Notes: a model not told the origin generated them from the sequence alone. Numbered from the stretch's first letter, positions 31,179 to 42,709 are shown. The stretch is DNA of 64,000 bases from Gammaproteobacteria bacterium (GCA_040882865.1 JBBEAN010000008.1:556437-620436), one strand, 5' to 3'. Numbers and translations: made by a program.

Positions 31179-31652
31179 CTAGTTCAGGCGCTCGAGGATC
31201 CGCTCCATCTCCGCGATTTCCTCTTTCTGCGCCCGCACGATTTCGTCGCACAGCGTGAGGATTTGGGGGTCTTTGATGGTCGCTTCCTCGCACATCGTGA
31301 TGGCGCTCGAGTGATGCGGAATCATGGATCGCAGGAACTGCCGGTCGCCGACGCCGGCCTGCGTGCGGATGGCGATGATGAGCGCGATGATCGCCACGAC
31401 GCAGCCTACTTGGATCGCGATGTTCGCGGCCTTGTTCTCGTACATCGAGCGCATCACCACGATCATCATGAGCAGCATCGGCGCGACCATGAGGAGCGCC
31501 ATGTAGACGCGGTTCACGTTCACGTGGAAGTGGCTCGGGGACCAGAGGTTCACGAACATGATCAGGAACATCACGACCGCGTTGATCGAGATGACGAGGG
31601 CGAGTTTCTTGTACATCACGCTATCGTGCGAAAACACCGTGTTCACGGCCAT
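31179..31652 (-). CDS. DUF305 domain membrane protein
   Basis: MIPHHSSAITMCE and the C-terminal helix bundle are typical of DUF305. Three N-terminal TM helices. Start is ATG 31652 or GTG 31667. Confidence 0.65.
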   Translation of the reverse strand: MAVNTVFSHDSVMYKKLALVISINAVVMFLIMFVNLWSPSHFHVNVNRVYMALLMVAPMLLMMIVVMRSMYENKAANIAIQVGCVVAIIALIIAIRTQAGVGDRQFLRSMIPHHSSAITMCEEATIKDPQILTLCDEIVRAQKEEIAEMERILERLN

Positions 31653-31667
31653 CAGGTAATCACCCAC

Positions 31668-31700
31668 AAAAAAAGGCCCCGCCGGAGCGGGGCCTTTTTT
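31668..31700 (-). terminator. rho-independent terminator (A-run and T-run on both sides)
   Basis: AAAAAAA-GGCCCCGC-CGGA-GCGGGGCC-TTTTTT, an 8-bp GC stem. Lies downstream of the LysM gene (minus strand) and just after a REP. Confidence 0.7.
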
Positions 31701-31701
31701 G

Positions 31702-31731
31702 AATCGCGACGCCGAGAGCGTCGCTCCTACA
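31702..31731 (+). repeat. REP element, orientation A, stem variant GCGACGC/GCGTCGC
   Basis: AATCGCGACGCCGAGAGCGTCGCTCCTACA. Abuts the LysM stop codon (TTA 31732-34 on the + strand). Confidence 0.9.
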
Positions 31732-33097
<1,366 letters not shown>

Positions 33098-33104
33098 GTC
33101 GATC

Positions 33105-33133
33105 ATCGCGACGCCAAGAGCGTCGCTCCCACA
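33105..33133 (+). repeat. REP element, orientation A, stem variant GCGACGC/GCGTCGC
   Basis: ATCGCGACGCCAAGAGCGTCGCTCCCACA. Ends directly at ATG 33134 of the next gene. Confidence 0.9.
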
Positions 33134-33478
33134 ATGAGATCACTCCCGCCTCACGTGCTTCAGGCGTTGGTACTGCTGTGTTGGGCGGTGTTGTTCTTCG
33201 GGCAGATGGCGTGGTGGGGCTGGCTCGCGGAGGCACCGTTGTTGCCGCGCGCCGCGCTGATCTTCATCGCGGCGGGCCCGCTCCTGCTGCCGCTGCGCGG
33301 GTTGCTACACGATCGACCGCGGAGTTATTTCTGGTTCAACCTGCTCGCGCTGTTGTACTTCGCCGGGGGTATCGCGGGCGCGTACGCGAGCGGCGGGACG
33401 AACTTCGTTGCGTGGTCGCAGATTCTCGCGAGCGTGGGTGGGTTCGCCGCGGGTTTTTACCGCACCAAAGTCCTGTAA
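33134..33478 (+). CDS. DUF2069 membrane protein
   Basis: 114 aa, 4 TM helices. Usual position downstream of wrbA. Confidence 0.65.
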   Translation: MRSLPPHVLQALVLLCWAVLFFGQMAWWGWLAEAPLLPRAALIFIAAGPLLLPLRGLLHDRPRSYFWFNLLALLYFAGGIAGAYASGGTNFVAWSQILASVGGFAAGFYRTKVL

Positions 33479-33518
33479 TCGCGGCACCTGTAGGAGCGGC
33501 GCCTTTGCGCCGCGATTA
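33476..33518 (-). repeat. REP element (orientation B) with extra head fragment, filling the gap between two convergent stop codons
   Basis: TAATCGCGGC-ACCTGTAGGAGCGGCGCCTTTGC-GCCGCGATTA. The 10-bp perfect terminal inverted repeats contain TAA 33476-78 (DUF2069) and TTA 33516-18 (hda stop on the minus strand). Confidence 0.9.
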
Positions 33519-34187
33519 TAAAATGCTTTTGAGCAACGGGATGGTCACCTTGCGTTGCTGCGACAGCGACGCGCGATCAATATCGTCGAGTACGCGGTAC
33601 AGCGAGTTCATGTCGCGCGGCGCATGCTTCAGCAAATAGCGCGCGACCTCTTCCGGTAACTCGAAGCCGCGCTGGTGCGCGCGCAGTGTGAGCGCCGCAA
33701 CGCGGCCGTCGTCGTCGAGGGGCTGCAATACGAACACGGGCCCTGCCGCCAAGCGCGACGCGAGATCCGGCAGCGCAAAACCGAGCACGCTCGGCACATC
33801 CGCGCCCGCCGCGAGCCAGCGCCCGCCACGCGCGCGCAGCGCGTTGTAGATGCCGAACAGGGCGTGCTCCCAGGCGGCGTCCCCCGCGACTGCGTCGACA
33901 TCGTCAACGCACACGAGGTCAAACGCGTCCCAGCCGTCGATGACCGCGGGATCGAGCGATGAATGCTGCGCGAGCGGCAAGAGTGCGGCCCGAAGGCCCG
34001 CGCCGGTGGTCGCCGCACACGCGGCCTGCAACAAATGCGTCTTACCGACGCCGGCGGCGCCGACCAGAAACAATATGGGCTCTGCGCCGGCGACCGCCGC
34101 GACCGCGCCCGCATTCGGGCCGGCGTAGTACGTGGCGAAGACCGCGCTGTCCGGGAGACCGACGCCGAGCGGGAGTTGCAGGCCCAT
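33516..34187 (-). CDS. hda: DnaA regulatory inactivator Hda
   Basis: Walker A GAAGVGKTHLL and an Hda-like sequence to the C-terminal IPLLKSIL. ATG 34187. The longer track ORF is an over-extension. Confidence 0.8.
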   Translation of the reverse strand: MGLQLPLGVGLPDSAVFATYYAGPNAGAVAAVAGAEPILFLVGAAGVGKTHLLQAACAATTGAGLRAALLPLAQHSSLDPAVIDGWDAFDLVCVDDVDAVAGDAAWEHALFGIYNALRARGGRWLAAGADVPSVLGFALPDLASRLAAGPVFVLQPLDDDGRVAALTLRAHQRGFELPEEVARYLLKHAPRDMNSLYRVLDDIDRASLSQQRKVTIPLLKSIL

Positions 34188-34729
34188 CAGGCGGCGCTGC
34201 GGAGCTGGGTCTCGCGGCGCACCCAGAGCCCCAGATAGAGCAGGCCGCTGAACACAGTCGTGAGGAGCGTGACGGCTATCCAGCTGTCGATCAGCACGCG
34301 GTTCGCGCCGAACGCTGCGTCGTACACGACGAGTACGACGCAGCCGGTCTGCGCAAACGTATTGAGTTTGGAAATCGTCGTCGGCTCCGCGCTGACCGGC
34401 ACCCGGCGGTGCCAGTACAACGCGACGATGATGACATCGCGCGCGAACACGGTCCAAACGAGCCACCACGGCACGAGCCCGAGCCAGCCGATAGTGAAGA
34501 AGGCTGCGACGAGCAGCACCTTGTCTGCCGCAGGGTCCAGCAGCGCGCCGACGCGCGTCTGCCAGCCGAACCGGCGGGCGAAGAATCCGTCGAGCGCGTC
34601 GCTGCAGCCCGCGACCACGAACAGCCAGAGCGCAGGCTCGTATTGACCGTCGAGCAGCCACAGTGTGACCGGGACGACGAGCAACAGGCGCGCGATGCTG
34701 ATCGCGTTGGGCAGATGCTGGAGTGTCAT
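34187..34729 (-). CDS. CDP-alcohol phosphatidyltransferase family protein
   Basis: Motif DALDGFFARRFGWQTRVGALLDPAADKV. 180 aa, 4-5 TM helices. Confidence 0.8.
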   Translation of the reverse strand: MTLQHLPNAISIARLLLVVPVTLWLLDGQYEPALWLFVVAGCSDALDGFFARRFGWQTRVGALLDPAADKVLLVAAFFTIGWLGLVPWWLVWTVFARDVIIVALYWHRRVPVSAEPTTISKLNTFAQTGCVVLVVYDAAFGANRVLIDSWIAVTLLTTVFSGLLYLGLWVRRETQLRSAA

Positions 34730-35832
34730 GGCCGAAGGGTGTAGCGCAGCGAACCCGTCAGTGCTTCGAAGTCGTCCGGGGCACGTGTGAGCTCCGAGCC
34801 CAGTGCAATTGCCCGCTCGAGTTGCTCGGCAGTCCCTCGCAACTCAAGCGCGAAGACGACCTGGTCGCGCTCGACGCGCTCGACCGCCACACCGGCGACC
34901 GGCGACAGCGAACGGAGATAGCCGAGAACGCTCGCGTAATCGGGGATACCGTCGATGCCGGCGACGACGATGCGCGTGCGCCCATCGGCTGCCGTGTCGG
35001 GCATTAGCGAGAATTGCTCGGCGAAGCCATCGGCAATCCAATGCACGCCATCGGCAACGACCGCGTCAAGCGGCCCAGGCTCGGTTGACTTGTGGCTGCT
35101 CGCGCCGTCGGAATACAGAATCCAGCGCGCGCCCCAACGCTCTGTGTCGGCGCGGAACAGGCGGCCGACCAGGATGGCGTCCGAGCGATAACGCTGCGAT
35201 GCACCGGCGATCGCATCGTCGAACCCGCCCCATAAATCGGAGAACGGCAACGAGGTCCGGTCCTGCAGATCCATCAACGGCGGAATGATCGGCACGCCGC
35301 GCCGACGCGCGGTCGCGGTCAGCGCAGCGAGGATGCCATGGGGTGCATCGCTATCGACCAGGTCGCGCTCGAAGCCGTCGTCGTAGGCGAGCCAGACGAG
35401 CACCGCCGGCCGTTCGCGGCCCCAGATCGGCACGTCGCGCTCGACGAGCGCGCGCTGCACGGCGACCGCGTCGAAGCGCGCCCATAGATTCAGCTGCTGG
35501 CGCGGCTCGCCGGTCTCAGGGTCCGTCACTGTCTGCTGCTCGAACCGAAACTGCTGCACCAGCCGGGTCGCCTCGACGTCGATCGCCGCGGCATCGCGGC
35601 GGCCACTCGCACGCACGAACACGATGGCCAGCGCGTCCTTGAGCCCTCGCTGCTGGGACGCGGCGGACTGGTCGGCGACCGGGACCGTGGCCTCGTACAA
35701 ACGCTCGACGACCACCGCCTGCACGGGCGCAGCGGCAAACAAGAGCGACACGGACAGCGTCGCCAGTACGATCAGGGGTCGAGTCGGCACTCGTGTAAAA
35801 TACCATGCTCCGCCTGGCCGAGACATGCTCAT
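34726..35832 (-). CDS. DUF2066 domain protein (secreted)
   Basis: Conserved position between the CDP-alcohol transferase gene and purM. The signal-like segment [24 protein letters not shown] suggests the real start may be GTG 35790. Confidence 0.65.
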   Translation of the reverse strand: MSMSRPGGAWYFTRVPTRPLIVLATLSVSLLFAAAPVQAVVVERLYEATVPVADQSAASQQRGLKDALAIVFVRASGRRDAAAIDVEATRLVQQFRFEQQTVTDPETGEPRQQLNLWARFDAVAVQRALVERDVPIWGRERPAVLVWLAYDDGFERDLVDSDAPHGILAALTATARRRGVPIIPPLMDLQDRTSLPFSDLWGGFDDAIAGASQRYRSDAILVGRLFRADTERWGARWILYSDGASSHKSTEPGPLDAVVADGVHWIADGFAEQFSLMPDTAADGRTRIVVAGIDGIPDYASVLGYLRSLSPVAGVAVERVERDQVVFALELRGTAEQLERAIALGSELTRAPDDFEALTGSLRYTLRP

Positions 35833-36859
35833 GCCCGTTCGTACACCGCTTACCTATCGTGACGCTGGCGTCGACATCGACGCGGGAGATGCACTGGTCG
35901 AGCGGATAAAGGACGCCGCGGCCCGCACCCGCCGGCCGGGTGTGCTCGCCGGGCTCGGCGGATTCGGTGCGCTATTCGAACTGCCCACTGGTTATGAGCG
36001 ACCGGTGCTCGTCTCCGGCACGGACGGCGTCGGCACGAAGTTGAAGCTCGCGATTCAGTGCGGCAAGCACGATACGATTGGCCAGGATCTCGTCGCGATG
36101 TGCGCGAACGACATCGTGGTAGTCGGCGCGGAACCGCTGTTCTTCCTCGACTACTACGCGAGTGGCAAGCTCGACGTCGACACGGCCGCAGAAATCGTGG
36201 GCGGGATCGCCACAGGCTGCGAGCTCGCAGGCTGTGCGCTCGTCGGCGGCGAGACAGCGGAGCTCCCCGGCATGTACCACGACGGCGATTACGACCTCGC
36301 TGGTTTCTGCGTCGGTATCGTCGAGAAGGCGCGCATCATCGATGGCGCGCGCGTCGCCGATGGTGATGCCGTTCTCGGCATTGCATCGTCGGGCCTTCAT
36401 TCAAACGGATATTCGCTTGCGCGCAAGATCGTCGAGGTTTCCGGCGCATCGCTCACCGAAGGTTTCGACGGCCGTCCACTCGGTGAGGTCCTGCTCGAGC
36501 CGACGCGCATCTACGTGAAAGCGCTGCTCGCGCTCACCGCATCCGTCGACGTGCACGCGCTCGCGCACATCACCGGCGGTGGCCTGCCCGGCAACCTGCC
36601 GCGCGTATTGCCCGACGGCGCCGGTGCGACAATCGATGCATCGGCGTGGCAGCGGCCGCGGATTTTCGACTGGCTGCAAGCCGAGGGTGCGGTCGTCGAC
36701 GACGAGATGTACCGCACGTTCAACTGCGGAATCGGCATGTGCGTGGTCGTGGCGGCGGCCGACGCCACGCGCGCAATCGAGGTCCTCGCGCAGCACGGCG
36801 AGCGAGCGAACGTTATCGGACGCATCTCAAACGACGTGGACGGCGTGGTCATCGACTGA
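35831..36859 (+). CDS. purM: phosphoribosylformylglycinamidine cyclo-ligase
   Basis: [21 protein letters not shown] and [12 protein letters not shown], full-length PurM. Start is ATG 35831 or 35825. Confidence 0.95.
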   Translation: MPVRTPLTYRDAGVDIDAGDALVERIKDAAARTRRPGVLAGLGGFGALFELPTGYERPVLVSGTDGVGTKLKLAIQCGKHDTIGQDLVAMCANDIVVVGAEPLFFLDYYASGKLDVDTAAEIVGGIATGCELAGCALVGGETAELPGMYHDGDYDLAGFCVGIVEKARIIDGARVADGDAVLGIASSGLHSNGYSLARKIVEVSGASLTEGFDGRPLGEVLLEPTRIYVKALLALTASVDVHALAHITGGGLPGNLPRVLPDGAGATIDASAWQRPRIFDWLQAEGAVVDDEMYRTFNCGIGMCVVVAAADATRAIEVLAQHGERANVIGRISNDVDGVVID

Positions 36860-37518
36860 TGATGTCCGTCGCCGTTCTCGCGTCGGGCCGCGGCTCGAAT
36901 CTCCAAGCGCTCATCGACGCGGCTGCGCGACCGGGCAGCCAGTTCGCCATTCGGTGCGTGGTCTCGGACCGGGCAGATGCCGGCGCGCTCGCGCGCGCGC
37001 ACGCGGCAGGTATCCCTGCCCATTTCATCGACCCGGCCATACACGCCGACCGCGCATCGTTCGACGCCGCGCTCGACGCCGCGTTCGCCGGACACGACCT
37101 TACGGTCCTCGCGGGCTTCATGCGCGTTTTGGGTTCAGCGCTCGTTCAGAAGTGGGCGGGCAGGATGGTGAACGTCCACCCTTCCCTGCTGCCCAAATAC
37201 CGGGGCCTGAACACCCACCAACGTGCGCTGGACGCCAGCGACACTGAACATGGAGCGAGCGTGCATTTCGTGACCGAGACACTCGATAGTGGACCCGTGA
37301 TTCTGCAGGCGGTCATTCCGGTCAATGCGAGCGACGACGCAGCGACCCTCGCGGCGCGCGTGCAGGCCCAGGAGCACCGCATCTACCCGTTCGTCGTCGG
37401 CCTGTTCGCGCAAGGTCGCGTCGCACTCGTTGACGGAGTCGCGACACTCGACGGCAAGGCGCTGGCCATGCCACTGCGCGTCGACGCGGATACGGACCTC
37501 GAATGTATCGCGGCCTGA
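36859..37518 (+). CDS. purN: phosphoribosylglycinamide formyltransferase
   Basis: VLASGRGSNLQALIDAA, NVHPSLLPKYRGLNTHQRAL, GASVHFVT. ATG 36859 overlaps the purM stop. Confidence 0.9.
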   Translation: MMSVAVLASGRGSNLQALIDAAARPGSQFAIRCVVSDRADAGALARAHAAGIPAHFIDPAIHADRASFDAALDAAFAGHDLTVLAGFMRVLGSALVQKWAGRMVNVHPSLLPKYRGLNTHQRALDASDTEHGASVHFVTETLDSGPVILQAVIPVNASDDAATLAARVQAQEHRIYPFVVGLFAQGRVALVDGVATLDGKALAMPLRVDADTDLECIAA

Positions 37519-38246
37519 TTGTAGGAGCGGCGCTTGTGGGAGCGGCGCTCTACGCCGCGATGCCAACGCATGCAACTCCACGGGACGCCGGCCCGTCGCT
37601 CACGCCGTTCGAAGCGACCTACACCGTCACGCGCGGACATATTCGCCTCGGCGAGATGAGCGCGACGCTGCACGCGCCTGTCGACGGTGTGTGGCGCTAT
37701 CACTCGCATTCTGAGACGAGCGGCTTCGTGGCGATGTTCCGCCAGATCACGATCGACGAGCAGTCGACGTTCCGAATGGAGCAGGGCCGCCCCGTTCCAC
37801 TCGCGCACGAATATCGCATGGGCGGAAGCCGCAAGAATCGTGACTTCTCCTTGGCGTTCGACTGGGTCGCACGGGAAGTCCACGGCGTCGTTCGCGGCGA
37901 GACAGTCACTGAACCCCTGGGGCCCGGCGCGATTGACCGGCACTCGGCGCCGCTATCGGTCGCGCTCGCAGCGGCCGGCGGACGCGCGTTCCCGTTCGAT
38001 GTCGTGATGGTCGATCGCGGCCGCACGCGCGAGTACGAGACGGCGCATCGTGGCGAGGAAACACTGAAGACCGATGCCGGTGAGATCGCGACCGTACGCG
38101 TGCTGCTCGTACGTAAAGACGAACCCGATCGCCAGTTCCGGTTCTGGTTCGCGCCGGCGCTCGATCATGTGCCCGTGCGCATCCAGAGCGTGGATGACGA
38201 CGGCAAGACCATCACGCTGCAGTTGAAGTCCTACACCCGCAGCTAG
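37503..38246 (+). CDS. DUF3108 domain protein
   Basis: Conserved position after purN. The beta-rich body is DUF3108-like. The N-terminus MYRGLIVGAALVGAALYAAMPTHA is encoded by REP sequence. Confidence 0.65.
   Translation: MYRGLIVGAALVGAALYAAMPTHATPRDAGPSLTPFEATYTVTRGHIRLGEMSATLHAPVDGVWRYHSHSETSGFVAMFRQITIDEQSTFRMEQGRPVPLAHEYRMGGSRKNRDFSLAFDWVAREVHGVVRGETVTEPLGPGAIDRHSAPLSVALAAAGGRAFPFDVVMVDRGRTREYETAHRGEETLKTDAGEIATVRVLLVRKDEPDRQFRFWFAPALDHVPVRIQSVDDDGKTITLQLKSYTRS
37507..37561 (-). repeat. composite REP (head fragment plus 1.5 copies, orientation B) spanning the purN stop and the DUF3108 start
   Basis: ATCGCGGCCTGATTGTAGGAGCGGCGCTTGTGGGAGCGGCGCTCTACGCCGCGATG. Confidence 0.85.
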
Positions 38247-38249
38247 CTC

Positions 38250-38337
38250 ATTCGCGACGCCAAGAGCGTCGCTCCCACCTGAAGCTGCCGAACCTTCTGC
38301 AAGAACAGGTGGGAGCGACGCTCTTGGCGTCGCGATT
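38250..38337. repeat. REP doublet (REPIN-like), tail-to-tail, variant GCGACGC/GCGTCGC
   Basis: 38250-38281 ATTCGCGACGCCAAGAGCGTCGCTCCCACCTG. 38306-38337 CAGGTGGGAGCGACGCTCTTGGCGTCGCGATT. The arms match at 31/32 positions as reverse complements, with a 24-nt spacer. Lies between convergent genes. Confidence 0.9.
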
Positions 38338-38344
38338 CCAATTG

Positions 38345-38911
38345 TCAGGTTTTCGGCAGCGTCACGCCCTGCTGGCCCTGATACTTGCCGCCGCGATCCT
38401 TGTACGAGGTCTCGCACACTTCATCGGCCTCCAAGAACAGCATCTGCGCGACGCCCTCGTTCGCGTAGATCTTCGCCGGCAGCGGCGTGGTGTTCGAGAA
38501 CTCCAGCGTTACGTGACCTTCCCACTCGGGTTCGAGCGGTGTCACGTTCACGATGATGCCGCAGCGCGCGTACGTTGACTTGCCGAGACAGATTGTGAGC
38601 ACGCTGCGCGGAATGCGGAAATACTCGACCGTGCGCGCGAGCGCGAACGAGTTGGGTGGGATGATGCAGCAGTCGCCCTTGAAGTCGACGAAGCTTTTGG
38701 AGTCGAACGCTTTCGGGTCGACAACTGAACTGTTGATGTTCGTGAATATCTTGAATTCATCGGCGCAGCGCACATCGTAGCCGTAGCTTGACGTCCCGTA
38801 CGACACGATCTTGCCGCCGCCGTTCTCGCGCACCTGGCCGGGCTCGAAGGGCTCGATCATGCCGTGCTCGGACGCCATGCGGCGGATCCACTTGTCTGCT
38901 TTTATCGACAT
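38345..38911 (-). CDS. dcd: dCTP deaminase
   Basis: Full-length Dcd-like sequence ([13 protein letters not shown]...GMIEPFEP..., [23 protein letters not shown]). Confidence 0.95.
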   Translation of the reverse strand: MSIKADKWIRRMASEHGMIEPFEPGQVRENGGGKIVSYGTSSYGYDVRCADEFKIFTNINSSVVDPKAFDSKSFVDFKGDCCIIPPNSFALARTVEYFRIPRSVLTICLGKSTYARCGIIVNVTPLEPEWEGHVTLEFSNTTPLPAKIYANEGVAQMLFLEADEVCETSYKDRGGKYQGQQGVTLPKT

Positions 38912-38922
38912 CTATTCTCCCC

Positions 38923-38955
38923 AAATCGCGGCGCAAAGGCGCCGCTCCAACAGTG
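38923..38955 (+). repeat. REP element, orientation A
   Basis: AAATCGCGGCGCAAAGGCGCCGCTCCAACAGTG. Lies between the apbC stop (38956) and the dcd start (38911). Confidence 0.9.
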
Positions 38956-40041
38956 TTACTCCATGACGATGCGGGGAAATTTCCCGGCGTGGTCCTTGGC
39001 GGTCAGCGACAGCTTGGCGGTCATGCGACGTGCGATGTCGCGGTAGCGTTGCGCGAGTTCGCCGTCGGGCTCCGCGACGACGGTCGGGTTGCCGCCGTCA
39101 GCCTGCTCGCGGATGCGGATATCCAACGGCAACGAGCCCAGGAACGGAACCTCGTACTGCGCGGCGAGCTTCTCACCACCACCCGCGCCGAACAGATGCT
39201 CCTCGTGGCCGCAGTTCGAGCACACGTGCGTGCTCATGTTCTCGATCACGCCGAGCACCGACACTTCGACCTTCTGGAACATCTTAAGGCCCTTGCGCGC
39301 GTCGAGCAGCGCGATGTCCTGCGGCGTCGTCACGATCACCGCGCCCGCGACCGGCACTTTTTGCGACAACGTAAGCTGCGTGTCGCCGGTACCCGGCGGC
39401 ATGTCGACGATCAAATAATCGAGTTCGCCCCAGTTCGTCTCACCGAGCAGCTGCGTGAGCGCCTGCGTGACCATCGGCCCGCGCCAGACCATCGGCTGCT
39501 CTTCGTCGATCAGATAACCGATGGACATCGTCTTCAGGCCATGCGCGACGACCGGGTTCACGGACTTGTTCTCGCCCGCGGTCGGGCGCTCGGTCGCGCC
39601 GAGCATGCGCGGCTGGCTCGGCCCGTAAATGTCGGCATCGAGCAGCCCGACGGCGGCACCTTCCGCGGCGAGCGCGAGCGCGAGGTTGACGGCGGTCGTC
39701 GACTTGCCGACGCCGCCCTTGCCGGACGCGACCGCGATCACATTCTTGATTCCCGCCATCGGCTGCAGCTGGCGCTGGACCGCATGCGCGATGACGCGCC
39801 AAGACACCGCGGCATCGACCGATTCGACGCCCGGCACTGCACCCAATACGGACTTCAGGCGCGCCGACAATTCGTCCGCGTACGCGCTCATTGGAAAGCC
39901 GAGTTCGACACGAGCACGGACACGCCCACCGTCGGTCGCGAGCTCGCGAACCGCTTTGGCGGTGTAGAGGTCGCAGCCCAGCCAGGGGTCGATATCGTCG
40001 CGGAGCGCCGCTTCCAGCGCGGCGGGGTCAGGGCTCGTCAT
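38956..40041 (-). CDS. apbC: iron-sulfur cluster carrier protein ApbC/Mrp
   Basis: Deviant Walker A SGKGGVGKST and the CSNCGH (CxxC) motif. Divergent from metG, as in many gammaproteobacteria. ATG 40041. Confidence 0.9.
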   Translation of the reverse strand: MTSPDPAALEAALRDDIDPWLGCDLYTAKAVRELATDGGRVRARVELGFPMSAYADELSARLKSVLGAVPGVESVDAAVSWRVIAHAVQRQLQPMAGIKNVIAVASGKGGVGKSTTAVNLALALAAEGAAVGLLDADIYGPSQPRMLGATERPTAGENKSVNPVVAHGLKTMSIGYLIDEEQPMVWRGPMVTQALTQLLGETNWGELDYLIVDMPPGTGDTQLTLSQKVPVAGAVIVTTPQDIALLDARKGLKMFQKVEVSVLGVIENMSTHVCSNCGHEEHLFGAGGGEKLAAQYEVPFLGSLPLDIRIREQADGGNPTVVAEPDGELAQRYRDIARRMTAKLSLTAKDHAGKFPRIVME

Positions 40042-40112
40042 GGGGCGGCATTTTAGCACCGACCGATATGGCATAATTCGCGTTTGCAGAAACCAGCGGA
40101 AAACCCGTCCCG

Positions 40113-42125
40113 ATGACCCAGCGAACCCGCCGGATCCTGGTCACCAGCGCGCTCCCGTACGCGAATGGCCCGATCCATATCGGCCACCTGCTCGAGTACA
40201 TCCAGACCGACGTCTGGGTCCGATTCCAGCAGGCGCGCGGCCACGAGTGCGTGTACGTGTGCGCGAACGACGCCCACGGAACACCGATCATGCTGCGCGC
40301 GCGCCAGGACGGTGTGACGCCCGAGCAGCTGATCGAGCGCATCCGCGGCGAGCACACGCGCGACTTCGCGGATTTCTTGGTCGACTTCGACAACTTCCAC
40401 ACCACGCACTCGGACGAGAACCGCGAACTCACCGAGCTGTTCTACGCGCGCCTGCGCGATGGCGGCCACATCGTCGAGCGCGAAATCGAGCAGGCCTGGG
40501 ATCCGCAGGAAAAGATGTTCCTGCCCGACCGCTATATCCGCGGCGAGTGCCCGCGCTGCGGCGCCGACGACCAGTACGGTGACTCCTGCGAAATCTGCGG
40601 TGCGACTTACGCACCCGCAGAGCTCAAGAACCCACGCTCGGTCGTGTCCGGCGCGACGCCCGAGACGCGCAAATCGCTGCATTATTTCGTGAAGCTCGCC
40701 GACTTCGAGGCGATGCTCAAGGACTGGACCACCACCGGCGCGCACGTGCAGGTACCCGTCGCGAAAAAACTCGGCGAATGGTTCGCGGACGGGCTGCGCG
40801 ACTGGGACATCTCGCGCGACGCACCCTACTTCGGCTTCCGCATCCCGGGGAGCGACGATAAGTACTTCTACGTCTGGCTCGACGCGCCGATTGGCTACAT
40901 GGCGAGCCTGAAGAACCTCGCCGCAAAACGCGACGGAATCGACTTTGACGCGTTTTGGGATACCGGCAGCGACGCCGAGGTGTACCACTTCATCGGCAAG
41001 GACATCATCTACTTCCACACGCTGTTCTGGCCGGCAATCCTGCACGGTGCCGGCTTCCGCAAGCCGACCGCGGTGCACGCACACGGCTTCCTGACCGTGA
41101 ATGGCCAGAAAATGTCCAAGTCGCGCGGCACGTTCATCACCGCGCGCGCGTACCTTGACCACCTCGACCCCGAGGCACTGCGCTACTACTACGCGGCAAA
41201 GCTCGGCCCCGGCATCGATGACATCGACCTGAACCTCGACGACTTCGTGAACCGCGTGAACGCGGATCTCGTGGGCAAGCTCGTGAACATCGCGAGCCGC
41301 TGCGCGGGCTTCATCACGAAGCGTTTCGACGGAACGCTCGCGGCAGCGCTGCCCGACCCCGCGTTGTTCGAGTCGTTCGCGGCCGAGGCCGAAGCGATCG
41401 CAGAGCGCTACGAGCAGCGCGACTTCGCCGGCGCGATGCGGCAAGTCATGGCGCTCGCGGACCGCGCGAACCAGTACATCGATGAGCACAAGCCATGGGT
41501 GATCGCGAAGGACCCATCGCGCACCGACGAAGTGCAAGCGGTCTGTACGCAGGGCCTGAACCTATACCGGCAACTCATTACGTATCTGGCGCCCGTGCTC
41601 CCGCGCACCGCGCAGCGCAGCGCGGACTTCCTCGGCGTCGACGCGCTGTGCTGGCAGGACGCACAGACGCCGTTGCTCGCCCACACAATCAATCCATTCA
41701 CACCGCTGATCACGCGGATTGACCCCGCACAGGTGGCCAAGATGACCGACACGACCGAGACCTCCTCCGCAGCGGCCGCAGGGCCCACCGACCTCGCGCC
41801 GGAGTGCACCATCGACGACTTCACGAAAGTGGACCTGCGCGTCGCGCGCATCGTGAAGGCGGAGCACGTCGAGGGCGCGGATAAGCTCCTCAAACTCACG
41901 CTTGACCTCGGTGGCGCCACGCGCAACGTGTTCGCGGGCATCAAGTCGGCGTACTCGCCCGAGCAACTCGAAGGCCGCCTCACGGTGATGGTGGCGAACC
42001 TCGCGCCGCGCAAGATGCGCTTCGGACTCTCCGAGGGCATGGTGCTCGCCGCGGGTCCGGGTGGCGAAGACCTGTTCATCCTCTCCCCCGACGATGGCGC
42101 GCAGCCCGGTCAGCGCGTAAAGTGA
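40113..42125 (+). CDS. metG: methionine--tRNA ligase
   Basis: HIGH region [17 protein letters not shown] (QKMSKSRG), zinc knuckles CPRCG / CEICG, and a C-terminal tRNA-binding domain. Confidence 0.95.
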   Translation: MTQRTRRILVTSALPYANGPIHIGHLLEYIQTDVWVRFQQARGHECVYVCANDAHGTPIMLRARQDGVTPEQLIERIRGEHTRDFADFLVDFDNFHTTHSDENRELTELFYARLRDGGHIVEREIEQAWDPQEKMFLPDRYIRGECPRCGADDQYGDSCEICGATYAPAELKNPRSVVSGATPETRKSLHYFVKLADFEAMLKDWTTTGAHVQVPVAKKLGEWFADGLRDWDISRDAPYFGFRIPGSDDKYFYVWLDAPIGYMASLKNLAAKRDGIDFDAFWDTGSDAEVYHFIGKDIIYFHTLFWPAILHGAGFRKPTAVHAHGFLTVNGQKMSKSRGTFITARAYLDHLDPEALRYYYAAKLGPGIDDIDLNLDDFVNRVNADLVGKLVNIASRCAGFITKRFDGTLAAALPDPALFESFAAEAEAIAERYEQRDFAGAMRQVMALADRANQYIDEHKPWVIAKDPSRTDEVQAVCTQGLNLYRQLITYLAPVLPRTAQRSADFLGVDALCWQDAQTPLLAHTINPFTPLITRIDPAQVAKMTDTTETSSAAAAGPTDLAPECTIDDFTKVDLRVARIVKAEHVEGADKLLKLTLDLGGATRNVFAGIKSAYSPEQLEGRLTVMVANLAPRKMRFGLSEGMVLAAGPGGEDLFILSPDDGAQPGQRVK

Positions 42126-42126
42126 A

Positions 42127-42708
42127 GTGGTGAACGAATACGCACTGCTGCTCGTCGGCACAGTGCTCGTCAACAACTTCGTCCTCGTCAAGTTCCTTGG
42201 GCTCTGCCCGTTCATGGGCGTCTCGCGCAAGCTCGAGACTGCGGGCGGCATGGCGCTCGCGACCACTTTCGTGCTCACGCTGTCGTCGGTCGCCGGCTGG
42301 GCGCTGCATAAGTGGCTGCTCGTGCCGCTGGGCCTCGAGTACCTGCGCACCCTCACGTTCATCCTCGCGATTGCCGCGGTCGTGCAGTTCACGGAAATGG
42401 CGGTCAAGCGCACGAGCCCGCTGCTGCATCAGGTGCTCGGTATCTATCTGCCGTTGATCACGACCAACTGCGCGGTGCTCGGCGTCGCATTGTTGAACGT
42501 ACAGGAGGACCACGGCCTGGTGTCGTCGGCGCTGTACGGCTTCGGTGCTGCGATCGGTTTCTCGATGGTGCTGGTCGCATTCGCCGCGATGCGCGAGCGC
42601 ATCGCAGCCGCCGACGTGCCAGTCGCGTTCCAGGGCGCCGCAATCGCGCTCGTGACCGCGGGCATGATGTCGCTCGCATTCATGGGTTTCGCGGGCTTGG
42701 TGCGCTGA
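42127..42708 (+). CDS. rnfA: electron transport complex subunit RnfA/RsxA
   Basis: [26 protein letters not shown], 193 aa, 6 TM helices. Confidence 0.9.
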   Translation: MVNEYALLLVGTVLVNNFVLVKFLGLCPFMGVSRKLETAGGMALATTFVLTLSSVAGWALHKWLLVPLGLEYLRTLTFILAIAAVVQFTEMAVKRTSPLLHQVLGIYLPLITTNCAVLGVALLNVQEDHGLVSSALYGFGAAIGFSMVLVAFAAMRERIAAADVPVAFQGAAIALVTAGMMSLAFMGFAGLVR

Positions 42709-42709
42709 A

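Noticed and set aside
35790-35832. Apparent overlap of the divergent start codons of the DUF2066 gene (35832) and purM (35825/35831)
   Set aside because: This is most simply explained by the DUF2066 gene starting at the internal GTG 35790, which gives a clean signal peptide. It is not evidence of an unusual overlap.
40053-41537. 494-aa ORF antisense to metG; similar long antisense or off-frame ORFs occur at 38788-40056, 23103-24695, 56504-58462, 16386-17240 and 41562-42413
   Set aside because: Each overlaps a gene with unambiguous catalytic motifs on the other strand or frame. They are GC-rich shadow ORFs.
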